Shown here piece after piece: positions 48,037 to 58,472 of a stretch of 64,000 nucleotides of DNA. The DNA is taken from positions 16,988,001 to 17,052,000 of the forward strand of contig JBHGNT010000007.1 of assembly GCA_043228905.1 (NCBI GenBank), given 5' to 3'. Below the pieces are notes generated by a model. That model had not been told where the DNA came from, did no database searches, and saw only the letters and a list, made by a program, of their open reading frames with translations. Made by a program: the position numbers and the translations under genes. Source of the DNA: Azolla caroliniana. Its lineage: Eukaryota > Plantae > Polypodiophyta. The first letter of the stretch is position 1, and each line of letters starts with the position of its first letter.

Positions 48037-48177
48037 ATAACACAATTTCAATCTATATCTTCTATGAAGTCTTCATTGTCATCATGATAAAATAACACAA
48101 TTTCAATCTATATCTTCTATGAAGTCTTCATTGTCATCATGATAAAATAACACAATTTCAATCTATAGCTTCTATGA
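48037..48177 (+). repeat. Tandem repeat, ~55-bp unit, ~2.6 copies
   Basis: Repeated ATAACACAATTTCAATCTATATCTTCTATGAAGTCTTCATTGTCATCATGATAAA. Confidence 0.85.
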
Positions 48178-48770
48178 ACACAAATATATGTTTTCAAATT
48201 TCTCCTTCTAATGACCCTTTACTATCTTGTCAAGAGAATTAGCTATACATGTCTACGATTTGTATATGATGTTTCAATTATAAATTTTTACGAGGAAGAA
48301 TAGATGATGGATTTTTTTTAAAATAATTTTTATTTTTGGTCTAAGATTGAGATGAACAATCTTAGGAAAATGACTAGATAAACTTTTAAAATTATGGTTA
48401 GGTTAATAATAAGTAAGAAATTTTCCACTAGGGATAAAAGTTTTTGTGTAACATTGATAATGATACACAAATATTGAACAAAACCAATTAATCAATAAAA
48501 TGAGACATTTTGTTTGAAAAAAATGATGGAATAACCAAAAATTTGCATTTCTTGGATATTGATTCTCTTTAGTTTGATACAACTCATGCTCTATCCATTC
48601 TAAGAAAAGCCCATTCCTTCATTAGCAAAACATCCACTCTATTTATATTCTTTTCCCAATCACAAATAATTGATAGAGGCCTAGAGAAAATATCGTTTTA
48701 CACTTCATAACCTTATTTTGCTTTTTCTTGTACAAATCATTGAATTTGGTGCTCGTTGATCTTTAGTTAA

Positions 48771-48821
48771 TGTCGTGACTTGAGAATAGGAGAGAGAAAA
48801 ATAAGATGACAGTAGAAGGTA

Positions 48822-48875
<54 letters not shown>

Positions 48876-50821
48876 ACTAGAAATAGAAAGAGAGTTTATA
48901 TTATAAGAGAGCAAGGATTACAAAGAGTAGGCTAAGGGGCTACAAACTGGTGTTGAACCGAATGAGTTGTGATGAGTGAATACACCTATTTATAGGTCCT
49001 TATGGAGTATTCTGGAATGTTCTAGAATATTTTAGATATTTATGATATTTAATATAATCATGGAATATCCTAGAATGTTCTAGAATACTCTAGAATGTTC
49101 TAGAATACTCTAAATATCTTGTAATAACTAATAATACATTTATTATAACTATACATCATATATGTTAGTATAATGGTTAAAGGTCTAACATATAGATCAA
49201 GACGTCTTGAGCTCGAATCCTTGTAAGGCCAAAATGTATGTTGTCATGACATTATCCCCCCTTTTCGACGACGAGTTCCACGAGTCGGAAGACAAGATTT
49301 CAGACTTGGCTTATGAGGATATTTGTTGTGAAATGCAGCAACCATTTCGGAGGCATTAGCAAGATTCTCAAGAGGTTCCCATGTTCGATCATTAGGTGTA
49401 TAACCTAACCAGTCAACCAAATAATACAGTTTGTTGCGAACGATCTTGGAGTCGAGAATGGCAGCAACTTCATATTCGGAGCCATCTGAAATTTCGATTG
49501 GAGGTGGGGGAGATGTAAGACGGCCTGGAATAGAGCTGGTTGTGTACGGCTCCAAAAGTGAAACATGGAAGACCGGGTGAAGATGCATATGAGGGGGAAG
49601 ATCAAGGCGAAATGCAACATCATTGATCTTACCAGATATCACATATGGGCCAAAACATTGATAATCCAATTTGCAGCAAGGTCGGGTTGTTTTAATGCAA
49701 CCTTGTAAAAGCCATACTTGATCCCCCACTTGAAACGTAATCGATGAATCACGTCGATGATGGTCGACAACCTTCTTTTGAGTGTTTTGAGCATCACATA
49801 AATGGTGCAAAAGGATATCTTGAACTTCGTGGAGTCGGGTGAGCCGATCTTCAGCAGCCAGGTTCGTCGGGAGTTCGGGATGTTCAAGCATAGTCCAACG
49901 AGGATGGTACCCAATGTTTGCAAAAAATGGGGAATATCCAGTAGAAGAATGTTTTGAGTTGTTGTAAGCAAATTCCGCCAAATGTAATAGATCAACCCAA
50001 TCATCTTGTTGATAGTTGACAAAACAACGAAGATATTGTTCTACTGTTTGGTTGGTGCGCTCACTCTGTCTGTTAGATTCTGGATGGTAGCCAGAAGAGA
50101 GTTTGCAAGAAGTATGTAAGAGTTTGAACATGTGCCGCCAAAATTTTGAGATGAACTGGGGACCCCGATCATTGATAATATCATCAGGAAGACCATGATG
50201 CTGAAACACCTCTCGCATGAGTAACTCGGATGTCTCTTGGCTTGTAATGGCCTTTGTGCAGGGAAGAAAATGTGCCATCTTGGTAAAACGATCTACTACC
50301 ATGAGAATAGAATCAAAACCCTAGGAAGGTGGTAGATCCATAATGAAGTCCAATGAAATAGATTTCCATGGACTCTCAGGAATAGGCATTGGCTGTAATA
50401 AGCCATATGGATGATGTCGAGGTTTTTTGGATCGGCAACATGTATCACAACTATGAACATAATCCGTAACAAAATGGCGAAGTCGTGGCCACCAATACCT
50501 TCGAGAAATTAACGCCAAAGTCTTGTGGATGCCAAAATGTCCAGCCATTGGTGTATCATGACATTGTTGCAAGACTTGGAGTCGAGAAGGACCATCAGGC
50601 ACATATAAGAGATTTTGTCGAAAAAGTAAACCATCATGCCAATTGAACTGGTTGTAGTCTTGACGAGGATTTTGAGATTGTGAACAAGAAGCACGATCTG
50701 GGATAATATGGCTTAGAATATCTTGGGTGAATTTATCAGCCTCAATATGCTCCCGAATGGAGTCTAGAAGACTTGAATCCTTGCTCTCTTATAATATAAA
50801 CTCTCTTTCCATTTCTAGTGT

Positions 50822-50859
<38 letters not shown>

Positions 50860-51213
50860 TCCCTTCTACTGTCATCTTATTTTTCTCTCTCCTATTCTCA
50901 AGTCACGATAGTTTGAACCGAATGAATTGTGATGAATGAATAAACACCTATTTATAGGTCCTTATGGAGTATTCTGGAATGTTCTAGAATATTTTAGATA
51001 TTTATGATATTTAATATAATCATGGAATATCCTAGAATGTTCTAGAATACTCTAGAATGTTCTAGAATACTCTAAATATCTTGTAATAACTAATAATACA
51101 TTTATTATAACTATACATCATATATGTTAGTATAATGGTTAAAGGTCTAACATATAGACCAAGACGTCTTGAGCTAGAATCCTTGTAAGGCCAAAATGTA
51201 TGTCGTCATGACA
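48771..51213 (-). mobile_element. Element C: Tcn1-like chromovirus with gag-RT deleted and part of the 5' LTR inverted
   Basis: 3' LTR 48771-49251, PPT AAAAGGGGGGATAA, residual 5' LTR ~50893-51213, inverted U5 at ~50777-50890, perfect TSD GTTAA. Confidence 0.92.
49244..50760 (-). pseudogene. Integrase with group I chromodomain (element C)
   Basis: CHDTPMAGH...CDTC, SLDFI, DRGPQF, and EYEVAAILDSK...YYLVDWLGYTPNDRTWEP; one stop and one frameshift. Confidence 0.92.
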
Positions 51214-51679
51214 GTTAATATGAACGGTAAAAGAAAGTATATGAAAATCGTGCGTGTGAATTAGAGCAGGACTATTGGAGACTTGAACGGGTGGGGATGG
51301 GTTAGCAAACCTTCATGTGTATGATGCTCGAGGTTGTCAAAGTGCACACGCTTGTTTGTATGTGTGTGAAATTTGTCGAGGTTTGTTCAAAGGTTAACGA
51401 GTGCACTTGTAAGTATGTTGAGTTTAGTTGAATTAAGTAATTGACTAAGAGTGGGTTAGGTATTTTAATATTTATTATTATTATGTTGTACTATCTTATT
51501 TTTCTTTATTTTATTACTTTTATTACTATGATATCTATGTTTAATTTATTATTATTATTTTAAATTTATTTGCCCTAAATTTACCATTATTATTGTATTT
51601 TCATTTTATATTATTCTTATCATCATTTTATATTATTATTGCTATTTATTAATTTTGTTGTTATTGTTGTTAAGAAAAG

Positions 51680-51850
51680 TTACTTAAGTTTTTGTAGGGG
51701 CATGAAAGATAATTACAAAACCTAGATAAATTTTTATAGGGCACGAAAGGTAATTAAGTGAAACTAGATAAGTTTTTTAGGGGCAAGAAAGGTAACTAGA
51801 AAAATGAGATAAGTTTTACATGGGCATGGAAGATATTAAAGAAAAATTAT
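51680..51850 (+). repeat. Degenerate ~37-bp minisatellite, left part of an array split by element D
   Basis: Units like GGGCACGAAAGGTAATTAGAAAAATGAGATAAGTTTTATA; the array resumes at 58107. Confidence 0.8.
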
Positions 51851-52634
51851 CTTTTGGAATGTAGGGGGTTAAACCCATGACCTCCTGGTCTTATTGAGCA
51901 ACCTTACCAATTGAGCTACATCTATCTATACATTATTGTATTGTATAAGTTTCAACTTATTACATTCTATGTTAATCACTAGAACTTTCAAGAAACTTCT
52001 AGAGAATGCATCTTCATGCACTCTCTAGAAGTTTCCATGCACTCTCTAGATGTTTCCTAGCTTGCATGCATACCACCGCATTCTTGTATAAATACTTCGG
52101 TGCACCTTGATTACAATCAAGGTGAACAACACACAACCCCAGTGTTGGTCCACCTCGACCCCACAAGGCCCTTCCAAGTTGAAACCGATGCCACCGACTT
52201 TGCCATTGGAGCTGTCTTGTCCCAACCAGATGACGAGGGCACACTACATCCTGTTGCCTTACTCTCGGAAGTTTACCACCCTAGAAATCAATTATCTGGT
52301 CTACGACAAGGAGCATGCAACAATCATATCTGCTTTCACCGAGTGATGACCCTATTTGGCTGGGGCCCAACATCGCATCCAGGTGCTGACCGACCACAAA
52401 AATCTAATTTACTTCACCACCAGTCGTACATTGAATCGGAGGCAAGCTCGATGGTCATCTTTTCTCTCCGACTACGATGTCTGCTCGAAATCATTAGTGA
52501 CCAAGGCTCGCATTTCCTCAACGAAGTGATAGCACATTTACTAGGTGACTTTGAGATCTTGTTTCGACTTGGAGTTCAACATGGGAAAGCTGATGCCCTC
52601 TCTCAGCGTCCTGATTTTGCATTGGAGATGACGC

Positions 52635-55600
52635 TGTCGCGAAGATTCGCGCGTGCGTGTGCTACTCGAGCGACCACCGGGGTCTTGGACTGGGGAGGAC
52701 GTTCGCGGAATTATCGACGCTAGATGACGATCAATGTAAGATTGGATGGAATTTGTTCACTTGAGAAGAAGAAAGATTGTACACTTGAGAAGTAGAAAAA
52801 CATGAAGAAGATAAAGACAAATATAATTTATATTGATGATAATGGTGTTGGTGATATCACATATTGAGCCCCCCTTACACAAGCCCAACTAGAGGCTTTT
52901 ATAGGTCTTTCCATGCTCGTGACATGCACAAAACCATGGGCTAAAACCATGGTTTTGTGCACACGGTTTTGCTTATGTCATGCACAAACCATGGGTTTAA
53001 AACCATGGTTTTGTGCACATGGTTTTCTATGGTTGTTTCGTCTATAATTTGTATATGAAAAGGAAATACATAAAATCTACACTATATGATAGTTGTCCTA
53101 GTGGTAAGGCAATTATCTTGTATCTTAGAGGTGCAAGGTTCAAACCTTGCTTGCACCCCTCTGTATGAACTCAAGTGCCACTAGGCTAGGTTTATTTGCT
53201 AAGTGCATGTGCAATGTTGCACATCCTTGGTTTATTCGTCTCACTCGGTTTCACACCGTAGCTGAAAATCGTCACGACATCCACCCCCACCAAACCCGCA
53301 CATCCTCCGGTATGTGCCGAGAAAGGTGAAGAGGTGAGATCTTTGGCAACGGTGATCAACCGAGTTCCTCTGCACGCTCGTCGACTTCGTCTTCCACTTC
53401 GAGTATGCGCAATCTTTCCAACCGAACCACCGTAGCCACCCGATCCACCATATCCGGCGCTCACACCTTCTTCCCCGATCGGTTGTAGTAGATCTACCGA
53501 ACGATGTCGTCGATACGACCGCTCTTCCTTCGTCCACCGCACGTGTCCTTCGATTGGACTCCTGAACACTCCTCACGCTCACCGTCTTCAACTGGGTATT
53601 GTAGATCGTTCGTGTCGATCTCCGATTAGGCCGAGTTTGCCCTTGTCCGGATCGGTCTCCACCGATCGCTTCTTGGCTTGGTTGGCCTTCGTCTGCATTC
53701 ACATTTCGCCGAGTCGGGCTCGACCGATTGATTCTGGCTGGGTCGGCCCCCTTTTGGATCGGAATCGTCCGATCGATTTTCGCCGAATCAGGTTTCGGCC
53801 GGGTCGGTCCCGGTCGATCGGCTCCCATGTGGATCTTCCTTCGTTCGGGTCGGAATCCCGGCCGGATCGTCTTCCGGTTCAACCGGTTCTCGACTCTTCC
53901 TTCCTTCCCGCATGCAACCTCTCCATCGAACTCAACCGCAGCTTCATCCTTGGCCTCCACGTCGGCCATATCCTTCCCTCCCTGTATGCTCGCCGCGAGC
54001 CATATTGTCTCCTCTTCGCCACCTCCTTTATCTTCGGTCTTATGCCGACACACGGTCTCGACTGCCGAAGTCTCCGGAACCGGTGTGAAGGAATCCCTTC
54101 GCTCATGCACTTTTACCTTGTCTTCTTCATCGCCCTTCCGGTCGTCCTCTTTTTTGTCCACACATTCCGTCTCTCCGGTCTCACGTTGGCGCACGTGCAC
54201 AACCGCCGAAGTCTCTAGAATAGGTGTGGGGATATCCTTTCTTCCTCGATCTTCTTCCTCCTTGTGTTGGGCCTTCGTCTTCCCGTCACCACCTTCCGTA
54301 TCTCCGGTCTCACGTTGGCACATGGGTGCAACCGCCGAAGTCTCTGGAACAAGCGTGAAGAAAGTGTCGACATGGCTATCCGTCGTCGACTCATCCATAG
54401 CCACCTCCGACTCGATGTCGTTTGTCATGGCTACCTCCTCAATCTCTTCAGACTCAAACACTTTTCCTCCCTCGATCATGCAAGCTTTTCTCATGCTTGC
54501 ACCGTCATCACCCGATGTTTCGTACACAATGCGTGTTCCGAAACATTTATCCTCCCTCGAAGTGGCGTTCGCCGTCCTCGAGTCATCGGCCTCCTCCTTC
54601 GCCGTCGTTTCTTTGTAAGACAAGAAGGTGACTTGTTTCACACCTTCTCTCTCGGTACCATCATACCGAACGAGAGCCTTTGTATCGGCCACTTCATTAA
54701 CCCGCATTTGTTGGGAGTTCTCTTCTTCCTCGATCACCATTCGCCTCGGTTTTGTCTCCCTTTTAAGCTTCATTTCTTTTGTTGGTGGTGCGTTGTTGCA
54801 TCTTGTCCCTCTTCGATCGTCCCTCATGGACCGTCTTGTTGTCGCCGATATTCTCGCTTGCCCCTTATCGTGTAGTCGGCATACACTTTCCACTTTGCTC
54901 CAATCCTCGATGAGGCCATTTGCACCATCATCTTCTTTGAGTTTGAGGCCGATCGCCATTCTTTCCATTCGATCGATTGACTTCACGAACATAAGGACCT
55001 TATCGACCCCCACCAATCTTTGTTCCCGCTCCGACAATTGAGAAAAATGATGCTCGAAGTCTGCGAATGCTTGTGTCGCGCCTTGGTGGGTCTTCGCTGA
55101 TGTCACCCATTGGTCGAAGTTGCGTCGATCTTGTCCCTTCAGTCTCTCATAGCCATATTCCTCCAATAGAGCCTTCTCGAAAGTCGCCCACGAATCATGA
55201 GCTTCTAGAAGCTCTTCTACATCTTTGAAGATCGGTTGAGACACCACCCGACAAAAGTACTCTAGCCTCATAGCTTTGTCCACACCTCTTGAATCCATCT
55301 CCGCATTGTAGACTTTTAGGAAACTTTGGACTTCAGCACCGTTGAAATAGCTCATTCGTTCGACTACTTTGTCGACGGCTTGTTGGGCTTCATTTCTTCT
55401 TTTCTCTTCTCTCAGAAACTCCATCATCCTTCTTGACATTGCCTCCATGAGATATTCGCCATCCATCTTTGTCCTCCCCTACTGCTCTTCACGTCGGGTT
55501 CACCAAATGATGTCGCGAAGATTCGCGCGTGCGTGTGCTACTCGAGCGACCACCGGGGTCTTGGACTGGGGAGGACGTTCGCGGAATTATCGACGCTAGA

Positions 55601-56155
55601 TGACGATCAATGTAAGATTGGATGGAATTTGTTCACTTGAGAAGAAGAAAGATTGTACACTTGAGAAGTAGAAAAACATGAAGAAGATAAAGACAAATAT
55701 AATTTATATTGATGATAATGGTGTTGGTGATATCACATATTGAGCCCCCCTTACACAAGCCCAACTAGAGGCTTTTATAGGTCTTTCCATGCTCGTGACA
55801 TGCACAAAACCATGGGCTAAAACCATGGTTTTGTGCACACGGTTTTGCTTATGTCATGCACAAACCATGGGTTTAAAACCATGGTTTTGTGCACATGGTT
55901 TTCTATGGTTGTTTCGTCTATAATTTGTATATGAAAAGGAAATACATAAAATCTACACTATATGATAGTTGTCCTAGTGGTAAGGCAATTATCTTGTATC
56001 TTAGAGGTGCAAGGTTCAAACCTTGCTTGCACCCCTCTGTATGAACTCAAGTGCCACTAGGCTAGGTTTATTTGCTAAGTGCATGTGCAATGTTGCACAT
56101 CCTTGGTTTATTCGTCTCACTCGGTTTCACACCGTAGCCGAAAATCGTCACGACA
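52635..56155 (-). mobile_element. Element E: non-autonomous gag-only LTR element of the same tRNA-Trp lineage as element B
   Basis: Near-identical 645-bp LTRs (52635-53279, 55511-56155), TGTCG...CGACA termini, 4-bp TSD ACGC, Trp PBS (~55488-55505), PPT TGGTGGGGGTGGA, no pol. Confidence 0.95.
53241..55466 (-). CDS. Gag-like protein (741 aa) with a repetitive acidic/basic C-terminal extension
   Basis: N-terminus aligns with element B Gag (FNGAEVQSFLKVYNAEM vs FDGRDATKYLASYGAEM; FVKSID vs FVKSVD; GLIEDWSKVESVC vs GLTTDWAAVKKVC). Three ETSAV repeats. The stop codon lies inside the 3' LTR. Confidence 0.8.
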   Translation of the reverse strand: MDGEYLMEAMSRRMMEFLREEKRRNEAQQAVDKVVERMSYFNGAEVQSFLKVYNAEMDSRGVDKAMRLEYFCRVVSQPIFKDVEELLEAHDSWATFEKALLEEYGYERLKGQDRRNFDQWVTSAKTHQGATQAFADFEHHFSQLSEREQRLVGVDKVLMFVKSIDRMERMAIGLKLKEDDGANGLIEDWSKVESVCRLHDKGQARISATTRRSMRDDRRGTRCNNAPPTKEMKLKRETKPRRMVIEEEENSQQMRVNEVADTKALVRYDGTEREGVKQVTFLSYKETTAKEEADDSRTANATSREDKCFGTRIVYETSGDDGASMRKACMIEGGKVFESEEIEEVAMTNDIESEVAMDESTTDSHVDTFFTLVPETSAVAPMCQRETGDTEGGDGKTKAQHKEEEDRGRKDIPTPILETSAVVHVRQRETGETECVDKKEDDRKGDEEDKVKVHERRDSFTPVPETSAVETVCRHKTEDKGGGEEETIWLAASIQGGKDMADVEAKDEAAVEFDGEVACGKEGRVENRLNRKTIRPGFRPERRKIHMGADRPGPTRPKPDSAKIDRTIPIQKGADPARINRSSPTRRNVNADEGQPSQEAIGGDRSGQGQTRPNRRSTRTIYNTQLKTVSVRSVQESNRRTRAVDEGRAVVSTTSFGRSTTTDRGRRCERRIWWIGWLRWFGWKDCAYSKWKTKSTSVQRNSVDHRCQRSHLFTFLGTYRRMCGFGGGGCRDDFQLRCETE

Positions 56156-57964
56156 ACGCATATTCACAACAATCCCATTGTTTGTTGCGACCCGATCAAC
56201 TTCAGATTTTCGCCACCTGCATGTTGCATGATGATTCTTTGCTCAACGAGATTGCCACAACAACCATGTCAGACCCATTCGCCAAAGAAATCATGGCCTG
56301 CATCAATGACCCATCTCTGGGCATGAAAAGCTCATATCTCAACCAATTTACAACCCAGGATGGGTTACTATATCATAATCATCTCTTGTACGTTCCCGAA
56401 GGATCATGTTGGACATGGGTACTACAAAACTGTCATGATGATCCTCTTGCCGGCCACTCTAGGGTCACAAATACCCTGGAATTGCTATCTCGAGGGTTTT
56501 GGTGGCCCCAACCTTGGAAATTTGTCAAGGAATTTGTCAAGACATGTGATGTATGTGCTCGGTCCAAAATGCCTGACCACCGGCCATATGGTCTTCTCCA
56601 CCCGCTTCCCATTCCAAGTCGACCATGGGTCTCTCTATCCATGGACTTTATCACTGACCTCCCTCTGGTTGGTGGCCATGACACGGTGTTAGTCATTGTC
56701 GATCGGTTTTCGAAGATGGCTCACTTTGTCCCATGTTCCAAAACCATTTTCGGGGAAGAGACAACTGACCTTTTTCTTAAAAATGTTGTCTAATTACATG
56801 GCTTACCAGAGGATATCACCTCTGATCGAGGTTCTCAGTTCATTTCCCACTTTTGGCGACGACTTCTACAAACATTCGAGACTTTTGTAAACTTGTCCTC
56901 AACATACCATCCTCAAACTGATGGACAAACAGAACGAGTCAACCAAATCCTCGAACAATACCTTCGGTGTACCGTGAGCTACCAACAAGAGGATTGGGTG
57001 GGTTTCCTTGCAATGACGGAATTTGCCTACAATAATAGTATCCATGCTTCGACTAAGGTTTCCCCCTTCTTTGCAAACTATGGATTTCACCCTCATTTAA
57101 GCATTTCCATACCTGCAACTTCGGTCAATCCATCGGTAGAGACACGTGCCCATGCTTTACACGATGTCCATCGTGATCTCTCCTTGGAGCTCCGTGCTGC
57201 TAGCGACTAGTATAAAGATTAAGCAGACCGACATTTCTTGGCTACACCAACGTTTGCAGTCGGGGACATGGTTTGGCTGTTACGTCGCCACATCGCCACC
57301 ACACGTCCTTGTGCAAAATTGGACTATAAAAGACTAGGCCCTTTTTGTATCATCGAGCGGATCAACCTAGTCGCCTTCCGGTTAGCACTTCCTCCACTCT
57401 CGATATCATCAACTCCTCAACTCTCGATATCATCGTCGACAACTTCAATATTTGGTCTTATGAAAAGGTTACCCCATTTTAGACGCCACATGGGAACCAA
57501 TTACACATTTACAAAATGCTCCGAAGGCCATTCGTGATTTTCATCAACGATACCCACATAAGCCAGTCGCGAGTTCTGGGAGGTGGCCTTAGAGGGAGGA
57601 TAATGTCATGGACACGATGGAATGTAGGGGGTTGCACCCATGACGTCCTGATCTTATTGGGAAACCTTACTAATTGAGCTACATCCATCTATGCATTATT
57701 GTATTGTATAAGTTTCAACTTATTACATTCTATGTTAATCACTAGAACTTTCAAGAAATTTCTAGAGAATGCATCTTCATGCACTCTCTAGAAGTTTCCA
57801 TGCACTCTCTAGATGTTTCCTAGCTTGCATGCATACCACCACATTCTTGTATAAATACTTCGGTGCACCTTGATTACAATCAAGGTGAACAACACCAATT
57901 ACGGAAGCATAATTTAGTTCTTGCTCTTTTGTCTACCTTCTCTCTCTCTTGTTCTCTTGTCTAT

Positions 57965-58021
<57 letters not shown>

Positions 58022-58106
58022 CTATCTATCTATCTATCTATCTTTCGCTCTCTCTTAATATTTATCTCGCCTACTTATCCCTGTCCTGCTCTACCCGTCT
58101 GTGACA

Positions 58107-58472
58107 CATGAAAGGTAAATAGAAACATTAGATAAGATCTATAGGGGCACAAAAGGTAATTAAGAAAAATTATATAAATTTTATAGGCGCACAAAAGATA
58201 ATTAGAAAAATGAGATAAGTTTTTTAAGGGCACGAAAAGTAATTTGGAAAAACAAGATAAATGTTTCAGGGACATGAAAGATAATGAGGAAAATTAAATA
58301 AGTTTTATAGGGGCACTAAAAGTAAGTAGGGAAAATTAGATAAATTTTATAGGGGCATGAAAAGTAATTAAGAAAGTTAGATAAGTTTTATAGGGGCACA
58401 AATGGTAATTAGAATTTTTTTGATAAGGTTTATAGGGGCACAGAGGTAATTAAGTAAACTTGATAAGTTTTA
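58107..58472 (+). repeat. Degenerate ~37-bp minisatellite, right part (about 10 units)
   Basis: Repeated GGGGCAC(A/G)AAAG(G)TAATTA...TAGATAAGTTTTATA. Confidence 0.85.

Larger units (their letters stand above)
51855..58106 (+). mobile_element. Element D: deleted Tcn1-like chromovirus (partial 5' LTR, RH, INT, degenerate chromodomain, PPT, 3' LTR 57604-58106), interrupted by element E
   Basis: 51855-52132 matches 57618-57895. RH PFQVETDATDFAIGAVLSQ; INT CHDDPLAGH..CDVC, SMDFITDLP, HPQTDGQTERVN; PPT AGAGGGAGGATAA. Confidence 0.88.

Noticed and set aside
53089-53157. tRNA-like segments as real tRNA genes
   Set aside because: A/B boxes and a T-stem are present, but no convincing acceptor or anticodon stems, and they are embedded in LTRs.
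51680-58472. ~37-bp repeat array as a CRISPR array
   Set aside because: Units are contiguous and degenerate, with no unique spacers and no cas genes, in a eukaryotic context. It is a minisatellite split by element D.
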